Below, piece by piece: positions 10,345-23,409 of a stretch of DNA of 64,000 nt (position 1 is the stretch's first letter; each line of letters opens with the position of its first letter). Source of the stretch: Wickerhamiella versatilis (Eukaryota); NCBI GenBank assembly GCA_030867685.1, contig JAQOWU010000008.1, forward strand, positions 124,001-188,000, given 5' to 3'. Both the position numbers and the translations under genes were made by a program. Under the pieces are notes generated by a model. The model did not search any database. It was not told where the DNA came from and saw nothing but the letters and a program-made list of their open reading frames with translations.

Positions 10345-11580
10345 TGGAGCATAAATTTTATAGATTTCAAGAATTAATGATCTGAAAATTTCTGCACATC
10401 GCCCAGGATGCATATGTAATGAATAGTAGTAGGAATTTTTGTGCAAATCCAAACCAAGTCCGCAAATCACCATTACATAGCAAAGTTAATGGGGGCAACT
10501 TTGCATTCTCTACAAGAGTTCTAGTCTGGTGGTTGGACAGCTGCCTCAGAAGCAAGTTATCATTTACCTTCCGTATTTGTGAGACAGTAAGCGTTATAAT
10601 TATACTCTATGTGTTTACAAAGAATAAGATGTCTCTGCCTTATATATTAAAAACAAGCCGATCCAGAATTTATAAAATTATTTATACGGATAGTCAGTAT
10701 ATTATATGCTACCTGATTTGGTAACATAATCGTCTGAGTCTCGTAAGATCTGTCCTGATCCATCACTGAACCGAAGTAATCGCCAATTCATTTGAAAGCA
10801 CTGTAAAAAACAATATGGCCCGTAGAGTTTGCGGAAGCTAAAAAGTTCTCCAGAGATATGGAGACTGTGAGACGTTAACGGCGTGCTATGTCAGAGCTCG
10901 TGGTAGTAGTGGAGAAGGGTTGCTGGCCAATCTAGCTCCGAGCATACCTACGGAACATTATACCCGGTTTTCACGCGCGACCACCCTCCGGCACGACTAA
11001 AATCCAATCAATTGATTTTTGAAATGTATGCAACCAAGGAAATAACAAAAAAGGTCAAGCGTAATGAATGCCGTGAGATTTGCGAGAATTTACTTTGCCT
11101 GGGGGATAAGATTACCCAAGCTACCCCGAGCCGCTCAGTGAACGATTATCCTCTGAGGGCCCAACCACTGTGAAGACCTCTACTGCCTTAGACTGATCGG
11201 TCAATACAGGATAGCTCACGTCTTCAACCAGCCAACAGTGATGTAATCTTTTGGTTACTTAGTTAGCTAGCTAGATTCCTCGCTAAAAAAGCCATCACTT
11301 GGAACTGAGAGTTTGTAGTTGAGTTTCTTATTAGAGTTGCACCTTTAGTGTTATAATATGTGCAGGTGGAGACTACAGCTATAGTATCTAATCAATTTCT
11401 AGCCGCCCCTTATTCAGCCAAGCCAGAAAATATACCATCACTATCAGCACTTAATCTGGTCTAGGATGCTGCTTACATCGAATATGCACTCTTGGTAATG
11501 ATTATAAATTTGATTGCTAATAAATAATTTGGTCGAATACTACTTAAGGAGGGCTGTTCTGTCGATACACAACTAAAACA

Positions 11581-12426
11581 ATGGGTAAAATTTGGTTTAT
11601 TACTGGTGCATCTTCCGGATTCGGACGGAGTTTGGCCGAGCATGTTCTGGAAACTGGCGATAAGGCGGTTATAGCTGCCCGCCGGTTACCCGCGCTCGAG
11701 GAAATCGCAAGTAAGTTTGGAGATAATGTTTTGCCAGTAAAGCTTGATGTCACAGACTCGTCATCAAGACAATCAGCAGTTGCTGATGCACTGAAGAAGT
11801 TTGGGCGCATCGACGTTCTAGTGAACAATGCGGGACGTGGATGCGTCGGTGCATTGGAGGAATACAGTACCGAGCAAGTTCGTGGTATCATTGAGCTCAA
11901 TTTAATCGCGCCGTATGAGCTCACCAATTTGCTGTTGCCGACGTTTAGGAAACAGAGGTCTGGCTATATTGTGAACTTCAGCAGCGTGGGCGGAGTTGTC
12001 ACGTTTCCGGCATGTGGGCCCTACTGTATTGCTAAATACGGGCTGGAGTGCTATAGTGAGACATTGGCCAAGGAGGTAGAGCCATTAGGGATCAAGGTGC
12101 TGATTGTTGAGCCAGGTGCATTCCGTACATCCTTCTCTAATCCATCTGATGGGTTCGAACTGGCGACTGGCCGCATAGAGGACTATGATCCCGTGCTAAA
12201 CCCTATAAAGAAATACTTTGACACCATATTTTCCGACGATTCCCGAATAGGTGATCCTGGCAAGGCTGCAGACCTAATTATTGAGGCGGTGAATGATGAA
12301 ACCGCTCCCCTGCGCTTGATGCTCGGCACTGATGCTTTCGAGGGGTACGAAAAGGCCAGCAAGGCCCGTGACGAAGATATTATGAGTTGGCGCAAACGTG
12401 GTGAAAATACTGCTGAGGATAAGTAG
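11581..12426 (+). CDS. Classical short-chain dehydrogenase/reductase (17-beta-HSD-like subgroup)
   Basis: TGASSGFG, NNAG, catalytic S...YCIAK and EPGAFRT motifs. Confidence 0.93.
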   Translation: MGKIWFITGASSGFGRSLAEHVLETGDKAVIAARRLPALEEIASKFGDNVLPVKLDVTDSSSRQSAVADALKKFGRIDVLVNNAGRGCVGALEEYSTEQVRGIIELNLIAPYELTNLLLPTFRKQRSGYIVNFSSVGGVVTFPACGPYCIAKYGLECYSETLAKEVEPLGIKVLIVEPGAFRTSFSNPSDGFELATGRIEDYDPVLNPIKKYFDTIFSDDSRIGDPGKAADLIIEAVNDETAPLRLMLGTDAFEGYEKASKARDEDIMSWRKRGENTAEDK

Positions 12427-13449
12427 GCCCTACATGATGATTTGAGGTTAGAAAGTGATATATTAGGACTCGACTACTATTTTATAGAGATAAAGCTAAG
12501 TAAAGAATCCTTAAAATATGATATGTGGGGAAATGCGTAGAATACTTCATTGCTTCAGGTCGCGGCTAAAGCATTGTTAGCCATCATACTGTCCTAGATA
12601 CATGAATTTAGCTTCGATTCGCGGTTCATCATACAAGTTATATGCTTGAGCATAGCCATCTCATATCAGCCTCGAGTAGTGGAGTGTGTGGGGTTGGTAT
12701 CGAGAAAGGGCGGAGAGTCTGGGGTTGGCTAAGGGTTTACCCAGTCAAGGTCTCATCCGATCAGCTTATAAGTGAACAACGTCGAGGTGAATAGAGACTT
12801 TATTTGCACGCAAATACGAATCCTGCATTAGTAAAATAATCTTAGCTTATCACGATAGGTTCATTCCCTCTCAACTGATCTGATTTGGCATGGGTCCCAG
12901 TAACAAGGACGTCGTAATTTAGGTGAGAAGAACCCTCAAGACTTCCATTGTGTTTTTTATCTGCACATTTCCTCTTTGGGCTTAGTGATGGTCCATTCAG
13001 TCTTCTGTTGACCTGCTGTAACCCGTACCCACAATTATAGAACAACTACATCGAAGGGTAAGGGCCATATTGTGGGATATGATGTCGTAGCTGCGTCCCA
13101 AGAGCTTGTAGTTGACCAGTAATTTCCAATTACACACTTTAAGGATTTTATTATTTTTATACAGTAGAAAATTATTCCGGTCTGGTCGGAAAATATGAGA
13201 TAGCCGCTGTCGGCTAGCAGTTCATCAATTCAACCGCTCACATAGCGAAGTAGGCTATATTGCTCTCTCCAACGAGTATCACTATAAAAGTTATCGACAT
13301 AAATCCATATTATGGCTTATTTTGTGAATATAAATGAAGGATATCAGAAAGAACATGCCATCTCGGCTCGGAGTATAGAGCGGTCCGACCCCACTTCGGG
13401 AAATTACGACGGTTAAGACTTGTCACAGTTGATGAGCTAACCAGAAAAT

Positions 13450-16400
13450 ATGACCTCAGAGAAAGCGGTCTCACCAGATGATACCGCAGAGAAGTCGGGG
13501 TCTGATGAAGCTTATGCATATAATAGTGGCCCCGATACAGAGAGTATTCGGCATGTTGCACGTAGCTTATCAGGACTGTCAACTGGCACGGAACCAAAGA
13601 GCTCCCAGTACGGCGACTACGAGAATCCTATTGACTCGCAAAACCCTCGACTTGATCCTAATTCACCTGAGTTTGATGTAAAATATTATTTTAAAAACAT
13701 GGTGCGGCTTTACCGCTCAGATCCTGAGCGTTATCCTGAGTCCAAACTTGGGGTGGCGTTTCGGGATCTCGAGGCGCATGGGGTTAGCCAAAGTACGAAC
13801 TACCAGTTGAATTGTGGAAATCTCCCGATTTGGCTCTTCGAACAAGCTCTTGAGTACCTGGGCAAAGGTGAAGGTTCTCCTGTGGAAATTTTGAAACCAA
13901 TGGATGGATGTATCAATCCTGGAGAGCTCTGTGTAGTCCTAGGTCGTCCAGGAGCAGGGTGTTCGACATTTCTACGAACATTGGCAACCCAAACGTATGG
14001 GTTTAAGGTGGGCAAACAGAGCAAGTTGAGTTACATGGGGCTTTCCCCGCAAGAGATTCATACAAAGTATCGCGGGGAGGTAACTTACTGCGCAGAATCG
14101 GAGTTGCATTTTCCCACTTTAACAGTCGGTGATACCCTGGAATTTGCTGCGCGGATGAAGACACCGAGTAACCGGCTTCCTGGGCTTAGCCGTAATATGT
14201 ATGCAAGGACCATGCGCGATGTGGTCATGGCCATGTATGGACTGTCTCATACAGCAAATACAAAGGTAGGAAGTGATCTTGTACGTGGCGTGTCGGGTGG
14301 TGAACGTAAACGTGTCTCAATTGCCGAGCTCACACTCACTGGAGCGTCGTTGCAATGCTGGGATAACTCTACAAGAGGCCTCGATTCTGCAACTGCCCTC
14401 GAATTTATCCGTACTCTACGTTTGCAGGCAGAAACAGTACAGACTGCGTGCTTGGTTGCCGTGTATCAAGCGTCCGATGAGATGTATTCGCTGTTTGACA
14501 AAGTGATAGTGCTCTACGAGGGTTATGAAATATTTTTTGGTCCCGTAACTGAGGCTAAAAAGTTTTTCTACGAGATGGGATGGCAGCCCAAACCTCGCCA
14601 ATCCACACCCGACTTCTTGACTTCCCTCTCTCAGCCTTCAGAACGCCAGCCTCGCGAAGGCTACGAGGATAAAGTTCCCCACACAGCGGAAGAGTTTTAT
14701 CAATTATGGAAGGAGTCAAGTGCACACAAAGATTGTGTGAGGGAAGCAGATGCATTTATGGAGAAATACAGCAGCGATACAACTGAAAAAAGAGATTTTG
14801 AGGCATCCTTTGACAAGCGTAAATCGAAGAGATTACCACGAAGTGTACCGTACACGGTTAATTGGCCCACTCAAGTCAAGGAACTATGCTTAAGAGGCTG
14901 GAAGAGAATGGAAAGCGCTCCAGAAATGGCACTAACCACCCTAATTGGCCATGTTGTCATGGCGTTTGTAATTTCTTCGATGTTCTACAATACCACCCAG
15001 AAGGTTGATGGTAAATACACCACAAACAGCTTTTATGGCCGCACTGCTCTACTCTTTTTTGCTCTTTTGTTTAATTCGTTTTCATCTCAACTTGAGATTT
15101 TTGCAGTGTTTGAGGCACGACCAGTGGTTCAGAAACATCATATGTATGCATTTTATCATCCCACTGTTGATGCTTTGGCCTCGGTTTTAACTGAGTTTCC
15201 TAATAATACCCTGGCAAACTTACTATTCAATCTCATTATATACTTCCTTGGCGATCTACGCCGGGAACCAGGAAATTTCTTTTTTTTCCTGTTTATGAAT
15301 TTCATTACATCCCTGTTTATGCAGAGTTTTTTCCGGACAATCGCTGCAGTTACTAACAGCGTGACGCAAGCAATGGTGCCGGCCGGGGTTTTGTTGCTAG
15401 CATTGACTATATTCACAGGATTTGTGATTCCTGTGAACCGGATGCATGGCTGGTGTCGGTGGATTAATTACTTGGACCCATTGGCATACTCATACGAGGC
15501 ACTAATGACCAACGAATTTCATAACTACGACTATTTATGCTACCCAGAGTCATCATTCGCACCTCTCCCCCCTAGTCAAGGAGCCCAGGGTCTTGGGTTT
15601 GTGTGTACGACAACAGGATCTAAGCCAGGTTCAGAAACAGTCCTTGGGGACGACTATCTCAGTGCACAATATGAGTACTACTTTGCCCATCAATGGCGAA
15701 ACATAGGTATCATCATTGGGTTCTTCTTTTTCACACTGGGTCTCTACTTGCTTCTGGTATACGTAAACCCAGGTGCACGGACCAAAGGTGAAGTGTTGGT
15801 ATTCCCACATAAGGTTTTGCGCCGTATTTTGAAAGAGAAGAAAGAAGGTGGTAAAAGCAAAGATGGCGGAGTGGCTGAGAAAGGAAGAGTAAGTGCAAAG
15901 GATATTGAAAATGAACAGCAGCAAGTTGCGGATAACTTGCTAGAGTCATCTGATGAAATATTTTACTGGAAAGACCTTTGCTATGATATAAAGATAAAAA
16001 AAGAGCCACGAAGAATCCTTTCGTATGTCGATGGCTGGGTAAAGCCGGGCACCATTACGGCTCTGATGGGTGCTACAGGTGCTGGTAAAACAACATTGCT
16101 CGATACCCTTGCTAATAGGGTTAAAATGGGCGTAGTTCATGGTCAGCTCTATGTGAATGGGACCCCACGCGACAATGGTTTCCAGCGAACAACTGGATAC
16201 TGTATGCAGCAAGATTTGCACCTCGAAACTGCAACTGTTCGCGAAGCCCTCGAATTTTCTGCTGTACTGCGACAACCGTACTCCACTCCAAAGAAGAAAA
16301 GCTGAAATATGTCGAAAATGTCTTGAAAATACTGGAAATGGAGTCCTATGCAGATGCCGTTGTAGGCGTTCCTGGTAGTGGTCTCAATGTTGAGCAGCGA

Positions 16401-17954
16401 AAGCGATTGACGATTGGCGTTGAGCTTGCTGCCAAACCCAAGCTGCTGCTCTTTTTAGACGAGCCAACATCAGGCTTAGACTCACAAACGGCATGGTCTA
16501 TTTGCCAGCTCATCAAGAAGCTGTCTAATGCTGGGCAGGCGATTCTGTGTACCATCCACCAACCCTCAGCTTTGTTGTTGGAGCAATTTGATCGTTTGCT
16601 TTTCCTGGCAAAGGGAGGACGGACAGTTTATTTTGGTGATATTGGTCCAAACTGCTCTACCCTAGTCAATTACTTTGAGTCTAAGGGTAGCCAGCCTTGT
16701 GCGCAAGATGCGAACCCGGCAGAGTGGATTCTAGATGTCGTTGGCGCTGCGCCGGGCTCTCATGCCCTGAAAGATTGGCCTGACGTATGGTTGCATAGCT
16801 CAGAGCGTCAAGCGGTTCGCCAGGAAATTGACAACCTCATGAAACAGTTTGGGGCATCCGAATCTAACGTCAATAATGACAAAGAGAGTCAACGGGAATT
16901 TGCTGCTCCTTTCTGGTTGCAGTACTGGCTCGTACTTCATCGAATATTCCAACAATACTGGCGGACACCGTCGTATATCTGGGCTAAGTTAGGGTTGAAC
17001 ATTTTTTCAGCGCTTTTCAACGGATTTGTTTTCTTCAAGGCAGACACTTCTATACAAGGGATGCAGAATTTACTGTTCTCCATTTTTATGTTTACAGTAG
17101 CTCTGCCATCAGTTGTCCAGCAGTATCTTCCAGTGTATGGAGCCACCCGTGATCTTTACGAAGCTCGAGAACGTCCGTCAAAGATTTTCTCCTGGCAGTC
17201 TTTTATGCTAGCTATCCTCTCCGCTGAAATTCCTTGGCAAATATTTATAGGTACAATCTCCTTTTTGTGCTGGTACTATCCTGCAGGATTATATTCGAAT
17301 GCTGAATTTGCCGGCCAGAAGACTGAACGAGGTGGCTTGACATATTTCTACATATTCCTGTTCTTCATATTTGCGGTTACACTGGGCCAACTTGCAGGGG
17401 CAGCCATAGATAATGTGGATACTGCTTCGAATATTGCAATGATTATGTTCACCCTGGCTATGTTATTCTGCGGTATTCTATCCACAGAGCAATCTACGCC
17501 GAGATTCTGGATCTTTATGCTAAGATTAAGTCCTGTTCGCTGGTGGATAGATGGCTTGATGGCTCTTGCTGTGGCAGATGTTGAAGTGCACTGTTCCGAC
17601 AATGAGCTGGTCACCATTTTCGCGCCTAACGGAACCTCATGCCAAAGCTACCTAGATCAATATTTCAAAAATTCCACTGGTTATCTTTCAAATGCTGGCC
17701 AGGATGGTTCGTGTCAATTCTGTTCCATCGGACAGACCAATGTATACCTCTCGGAGTTTGACATTTCTTATAGCCAAAGGTGGCGTAATCTTGGTTTCTT
17801 TTGGTGCTACATTGGATTTAATATTGTTGGGACAATATTCCTCTACTGGCTAGCCCGGGTGCCTAAGAAAGGCACCCGGAAAGCGAAGGTCACAGAGGAA
17901 GAGTTGAACACAAAGGATCTAGCTTTAAATCAAGCGAATGCATCTCAGCAGTAG
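13450..17954 (+). CDS. PDR/CDR-family full-length ABC multidrug transporter with a single-base frameshift at ~16290
   Basis: NBD1 has GRPGAGCST, VSGGERKRVSIAE and CWDNSTRGLD. NBD2 has GATGAGKTT, LNVEQRKRLTIGVEL and LDEPTSGLD. Two TMDs are present. Adding one A at 16290-16292 joins the two ORFs as ...STPKEEKLKYVENVLKILEM. Confidence 0.93.
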
Positions 17955-19455
17955 GCCATTATAAAATATTAGCAATCAATAGTGCCTTTAAGTCTCATGG
18001 TTTTTAGTTATATATAAACCACAATATAGGAGCGTTAGAGATTGCCTTGTTATTTTGTATCAGACGTAACCCTTAGAATTTCGAGAGTTCAGTCGTGACA
18101 AGGATCTCGAGGCACTCCTGCCATTTGATATAGTATTCGCTCTTATAATTTATCTATTTATCTCCACTATCTAAAGGAAATTAGACTTTATTATGTCGTA
18201 TGACTTAGTGGCCAATATTTATAAGGCTTCTATGGAGTCAGATCAGGGATAGTGTAGTTTGGTGCTTAGAAAAGCGTTCTTACAACACTTTTTCTTTTCT
18301 CCACCCACTTGAAGCTGGCCGATAGTCAGTATGATGAATGCTGTGTTACGATGCGCCATCTTGTGGGACATGCCCCCCCGGTCACCTCCCTTACCCACGC
18401 TGGCACAGAACAACCCGAGCCCTAGCTATAGTGAGGCTACTACATATTGTCTCATCAATCGAGATATCAGAGTTGAGCGGTAGTTTTTTTTCCTATGAAT
18501 TTATTATTGTAAGTTATAGTTGACTCTTGATGAAGTTATAAAGCTCAGTTGCTTAATACAGTAAGATTTACTTCATTTCCCGAGAAATCGCGGGTTGCAA
18601 CAGCCCCCAACTGGCAATCGTAATGTGGTACAAAATCAATATAGAAAACAGAGCTACCATTAAATGTGATTGATCCGTCATCAGTCACTGCCCAGGTTGA
18701 CTTAGTTGAATTGAAATCAGTTAGCTTAAAAAGTTGCTGATATCCATCTGAGGCTTCAACATAATTTCTTGGTCCAGGTTGTGACAGATCGACTAGCCTT
18801 CCTTTCGAAATTGCAAATTCATCTCCATAATCAGAAAAGAGATCAAAATATGTTGCGTAATAACGGAGTTTTGCCGATGGAACCGATCTCTCAGCGCAGT
18901 CTATAAAGCCCGAGTAACTGCTCACGGAAATGTTGAACGGACTAGTAGTCCAATTTCCCGTCGCACCAGCACAGGAATTCAAGGTGAAAGCAAAAGCTAA
19001 AAGATTCGAAAGCTGCATTTCAGAATATTTCTCCTTTGGTATTTCTCGCAGAAGTGAACGAACAAAGCCGATCGGGTGACAAATATATAATATCGTATAA
19101 TCCTACTTGTAGTCAGCAGTTTATGACAGTCTTATCGCCTGGCTGATATTTAGATCTATCTTAAATATTGCGAGTGATAAATGCCTATGCTTATTGTTCT
19201 AAGCTCAGAAACATTAAACAAATCGATCTATACCATACCTTTTGATGACAGTCCAGCGACGATTGCCGCGTAATCAATCAGACATCTAAGTCTAAAAAAA
19301 ATTGGCTAGTTCGTCATACGTAAACAAAACGCATTTGTGGTATTAGAAATAGCAATAACTTCGCTTTGACGAAATATTTCCGTAGGTTGTTTCTTTGAAA
19401 ATCATCTGTTACAGTAATCTTTTATTATTCTTATCACTTTGCCACTCGATTCAGC
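17943..19455 (+). repeat. Copy 2 of the ~1.5 kb direct duplication
   Basis: Colinear with 958-2463 and begins at the last codons of the ABC transporter gene. Confidence 0.95.
18545..19018 (-). CDS. Small secreted protein (157 aa), paralog of 1561-2031
   Basis: About 33 amino-acid differences from copy 1 by manual count; the frame is intact. Confidence 0.8.
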   Translation of the reverse strand: MQLSNLLAFAFTLNSCAGATGNWTTSPFNISVSSYSGFIDCAERSVPSAKLRYYATYFDLFSDYGDEFAISKGRLVDLSQPGPRNYVEASDGYQQLFKLTDFNSTKSTWAVTDDGSITFNGSSVFYIDFVPHYDCQLGAVATRDFSGNEVNLTVLSN

Positions 19456-19752
19456 ATTGAATAGTGTGTTATCTTACGTTGTGTCACCAAATATTAGAAA
19501 CGAAAGCATCAAGAACGACTAGTTAAATGTACTGTATGCTTCTTTTGTAAGTTGAATCTAATTTCATTGCGTAACAGAATACAAAGTTCCTGCCATTGCT
19601 ATACACGGCGAAGGAGGTTTCCCGTATTTTAGGATTGAGATACAATTCGTGACATAAGTTTTTTAAAAAAAATTTCCATTTACATATATTTGTTTTCCTC
19701 AAGCTATAAGCGCTTGCTTGGGGATAGTAGACGCTCTATCAAATCCATTTAC

Positions 19753-20355
19753 CTAGCTACATGCCGTGAAATTCTGGATTGCGGTGGAACTTACGTCAAG
19801 AGCTGATTCTATTGAGTCAATGTCGGATTTCAATTGGGAAATTAACAAGTTTGTATACTTGATTTGCTCGCAACCAATGGACTGTCGATCATCGCTCAAC
19901 TGCTCGTCTAATGTCCCAATAAAATCTGAAATGACAGATGTGGCCTTTTTGAAATCATTGGAACATGTGCCGCATTGCTCTATCGCAGAATCGACATGAC
20001 TGTCTGAGCAGAATATATGGTAGGAGGAAAGGAGTAATCCTATATCGGTGAGAAGAGCACGGCTGGCATTGACGCTAAAAGTAGTAACTGAATCAAGCGA
20101 AGAATTGGCATCTGAGACGTCGTCTGAAATGGTAGAGAATAAATCAGGCAAATGACTCAAGTCCGAACCGGCTGAGTATACAAAATTCTCAGTCTGATTG
20201 GTCGCATGTGACAAGTTATTGAGTGCATATGTGACACCAGATTGAAATTCGTCCTCTCTTCCCACTAGGGCATCGCTTCCAATCAATCTAGATCCGCATA
20301 GACATGGTGAAAAGGTAAGAAAAAGGGTAATTGACGAGACATACATCAGATGCAT
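19753..20355 (-). CDS. Hypothetical secreted acidic, probably helical protein (loosely HsbA-like)
   Basis: Hydrophobic N-terminus after ATG 20355, rich in Ser/Asp, several Cys and N-glycosylation sequons, and an upstream TATA-like run. Confidence 0.6.
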   Translation of the reverse strand: MHLMYVSSITLFLTFSPCLCGSRLIGSDALVGREDEFQSGVTYALNNLSHATNQTENFVYSAGSDLSHLPDLFSTISDDVSDANSSLDSVTTFSVNASRALLTDIGLLLSSYHIFCSDSHVDSAIEQCGTCSNDFKKATSVISDFIGTLDEQLSDDRQSIGCEQIKYTNLLISQLKSDIDSIESALDVSSTAIQNFTACS

Positions 20356-23300
20356 CTTGAGATCCTTCAAAAGGCTTTTGAGTTAGCTACAGCAATAAGG
20401 AACTTCTCCAACCATATATATATCTTTCTATAGAATGCTATCAGAGTATAATCATGTTATTGGTAAGCATACAAATATAATATAATAACGCTTCGACCCT
20501 TCTGTACAGCTGATTGCATGACCCTTGTACAAATAAAAAAGCTTACACCAAAACAGGTCTAGGAGCTAAAAACCGGAAGATCATCAGCTATAAGGCATGT
20601 CAATACTTGATTCTGCTATAATGATATTTAATTGATTAATTAAGAATAATTGATTTTGCATAATCACTACGAGAATACTCCGTACTAAATAATACTATTG
20701 TCAGGTCGTTACCAACCACAGCAAACTTGCTATTGTTGAGACATTTTAGGAACGAATAAAGTTCATATTAAAACTTACGTAGGAGTCTGAGAAGTTTCTG
20801 ATATAAAAACGTGGTTCTGGTTATCTGGGATATCGCATAGAAAGCTTGTATAATATACGTGAACACGTGCCTCCACAACATTGCGGGTTTACCAATCAAG
20901 ATTTCACGTGTCAGCGGTTGAATCTGGTTTTATTTATATTTTGCCAATACGGGGATCTGGAATGCTCTAGCACCACAAGTTTGGAAACATTGTCTGTTGA
21001 TTCTGGCTTGAAATGGATAGAAACGTTAAAACAGTTAAAGATGATGAAAAAAATGTTATAACTCGCTACTACCAGCAGTGGTACTTGATCACACTCATGG
21101 TATCATTAATCCCACTATCTATCGGCAGACCCACTTTACTTACTGAATTGATATCACAGGTTTAGTGAGTAGTCTTGGGATCTTGCTTTCCTTGTCATAT
21201 ATCCGCTAGCTAGGCACCTCAAAATCATTCCAATGTGTTCAGCATAAATGAAATATGAGCAACTCACCAGGTTGGGGCAAAACTGTTAACAGTCGAGTTT
21301 TTCACTAGTGCCGTGTTTCGATATTACCTGAAATATTGTGGAAGGATGTTTCGAGAGTTACTTAGGGAATAGTAAATACTTGACTGTCCTCTGTGATTGA
21401 CTCACTGGTAGTGAGAGTTGTAGAGATCTTACCTAGTGATTCAAACGGTAGTCGAATAGTATCAATAGTGGAAGGGAGAGAAAATAGAAATTGGTGTATT
21501 CCCGGGATGTACTGGCTACTTTCTGCTATCTCGATTTACTCTCGTACCAGTTCTTAAGATTGCAGGTGTCTTGATTAAAATATGAATGGAAAGATATAAA
21601 AACAATTAGTATCACTATCCATCTCATTTGTGCTAAGGTTGGTACTCCTTCAGACGGCCAAAGATGTCTAATAGCAGATAAGCAAAATCATCGTTTTCAC
21701 ACTTTGACTGCCACCTTTTTCGGCCTTCACATTTTAAGCACAGATAGCCAAAGACGTAAGGACGATGACTTGACCATATCAAAAAAAATGAAACTGTGTT
21801 CAATTTTCATCACGTGTAGGATTCATTGAGCAGCATACTCTACTACAAATCCGCACTAACGACAAAAATAATGTGAATTCAAGGGACTCGCCAAAAATAC
21901 ATTGGCTATCATTTGATTACCATCTGCTTTCTTCCAGAGACTAGTAGAAAAGTAAGTTTCTGGTCTGTTGCCTACATCGACTTGAATAGGGCAGCATATG
22001 CAATGTCAACTGCATATGCACCTAGTGGTCTAGAAGTTCTGAATTTACCCTTTCCCTTTTGGCTGGATTGTTACAGGTCGGCTTACATGACAGCATTTGG
22101 TAGCGAGCGAAATAGCTCATGTGCGTCTCGTCTGTATCTTATAATTCTCAGGAAAAAAAACATCCAGTTTTATGACAATGATATAATATGATACGCTCTG
22201 TTAACTACATAGTAGCTGAAAAAATTTTAAGAGTGGTGCTTTTTTTATGGGTAAGGAAATACCCCTGGACATTCGGGCGATTCCAGCGTGCCACAACTCT
22301 TTGGCTCCGGTATAAAAAAAATACGCCTTAAATTATCAATATCAAATGTGAGTAGTTGTATTCTAAGTATGATACTCTATCATGTGAAATATTTTTGCCT
22401 TATGTACTTCGACGAGAAGAGCTTTCCTTTCGAAAATTTCAATATCTGAGACTCACACTTAAAATATCGTACGACGCGGCAATGATTACCCCATATACAA
22501 GGCTCCCTGGATCACTATCGACTTTCGCAGGAATCAAGGGGAGGCATATTTACTCAAAGGTTGCTAATTCCGACCCTTACCCTATTAAAGCACCGTTTTG
22601 CGTCTGTCTTGCCAGTCTCCGTGCGTTCTGCAATCACGTAAACAAAAAAAAAGGAACCAAGAACATAGAAGATTTTAGTGTTAAGATTTGTGCCAAACCT
22701 TCTTATTCCTGTTGATCTGGTAAGCTCATTCAGTGGCTTTTCTGTTATTAGCCTACAGCATTGCACCGAAGCGCAGCGTACTCTCGAGCATTGCGAGATA
22801 GCCCATGAGCTCACGTAAGTGAGCAACCATGGCGCCATATAATATTCTATCTCGTAGATTTTCATGTTTTACGGACTATGACACTGATGGAAGGTTAACT
22901 GGCTTCAAGTGCATACTTACTCACTCTCCACTCAGCTTTAACTGTAGTTCCGGTCGTGAACTACCCTCTTGATCTGTCCTTTAAGCTTCAGGATGACCCG
23001 TCTTTAATACGCAGCCCTAACCTCTACAGCTCCTTCAGCACCGTGCGGTGGAATTCTGAACCCCTCAGGGAAAAAGAAGTGATCAGGAAAATAGCCATTA
23101 GCTTTTTGAGCAAAAGCAAGTAAATTTAAGTGGGCTACCATAGTCAATACCACTATGCCTTGCAACCCTAGCAGCCAAAAATAGTAACTTGTGGAAACCA
23201 ACCCTCCTCCAAAACGAGAAAAAACGCCTAGAGGCCCTTCTTCCAGCTTGCACACTAGTAGAAGAATTGTAAGTAATAGTTTAATTAGGTCATTATAGAA

Positions 23301-23409
23301 GTGATGTCTTGTAAGTTACGACTGGAGTTTTCGATATTAGTTTAACCCAATGCCTTCAACCAAAAAATGCCGCTCATCAAATAAATAAGTCTTAGAGTCG
23401 ATGAGACTA

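Noticed and set aside
13436..13444. gctaaccag as a branch point and 3' splice site just before the ABC ATG
   Set aside because: No convincing 5' splice site giving an in-frame upstream exon. A 5'UTR intron cannot be excluded without RNA data.
16281..16310. Programmed ribosomal frameshift in the ABC gene
   Set aside because: No canonical X XXY YYZ heptamer or evident downstream structure. An error or mutation is simpler.
20950..21627. Minus-strand MRWIVILIVFISF... signal-like start
   Set aside because: Stops after about 33 codons with no coherent downstream frame, which is too weak to call a pseudogene.
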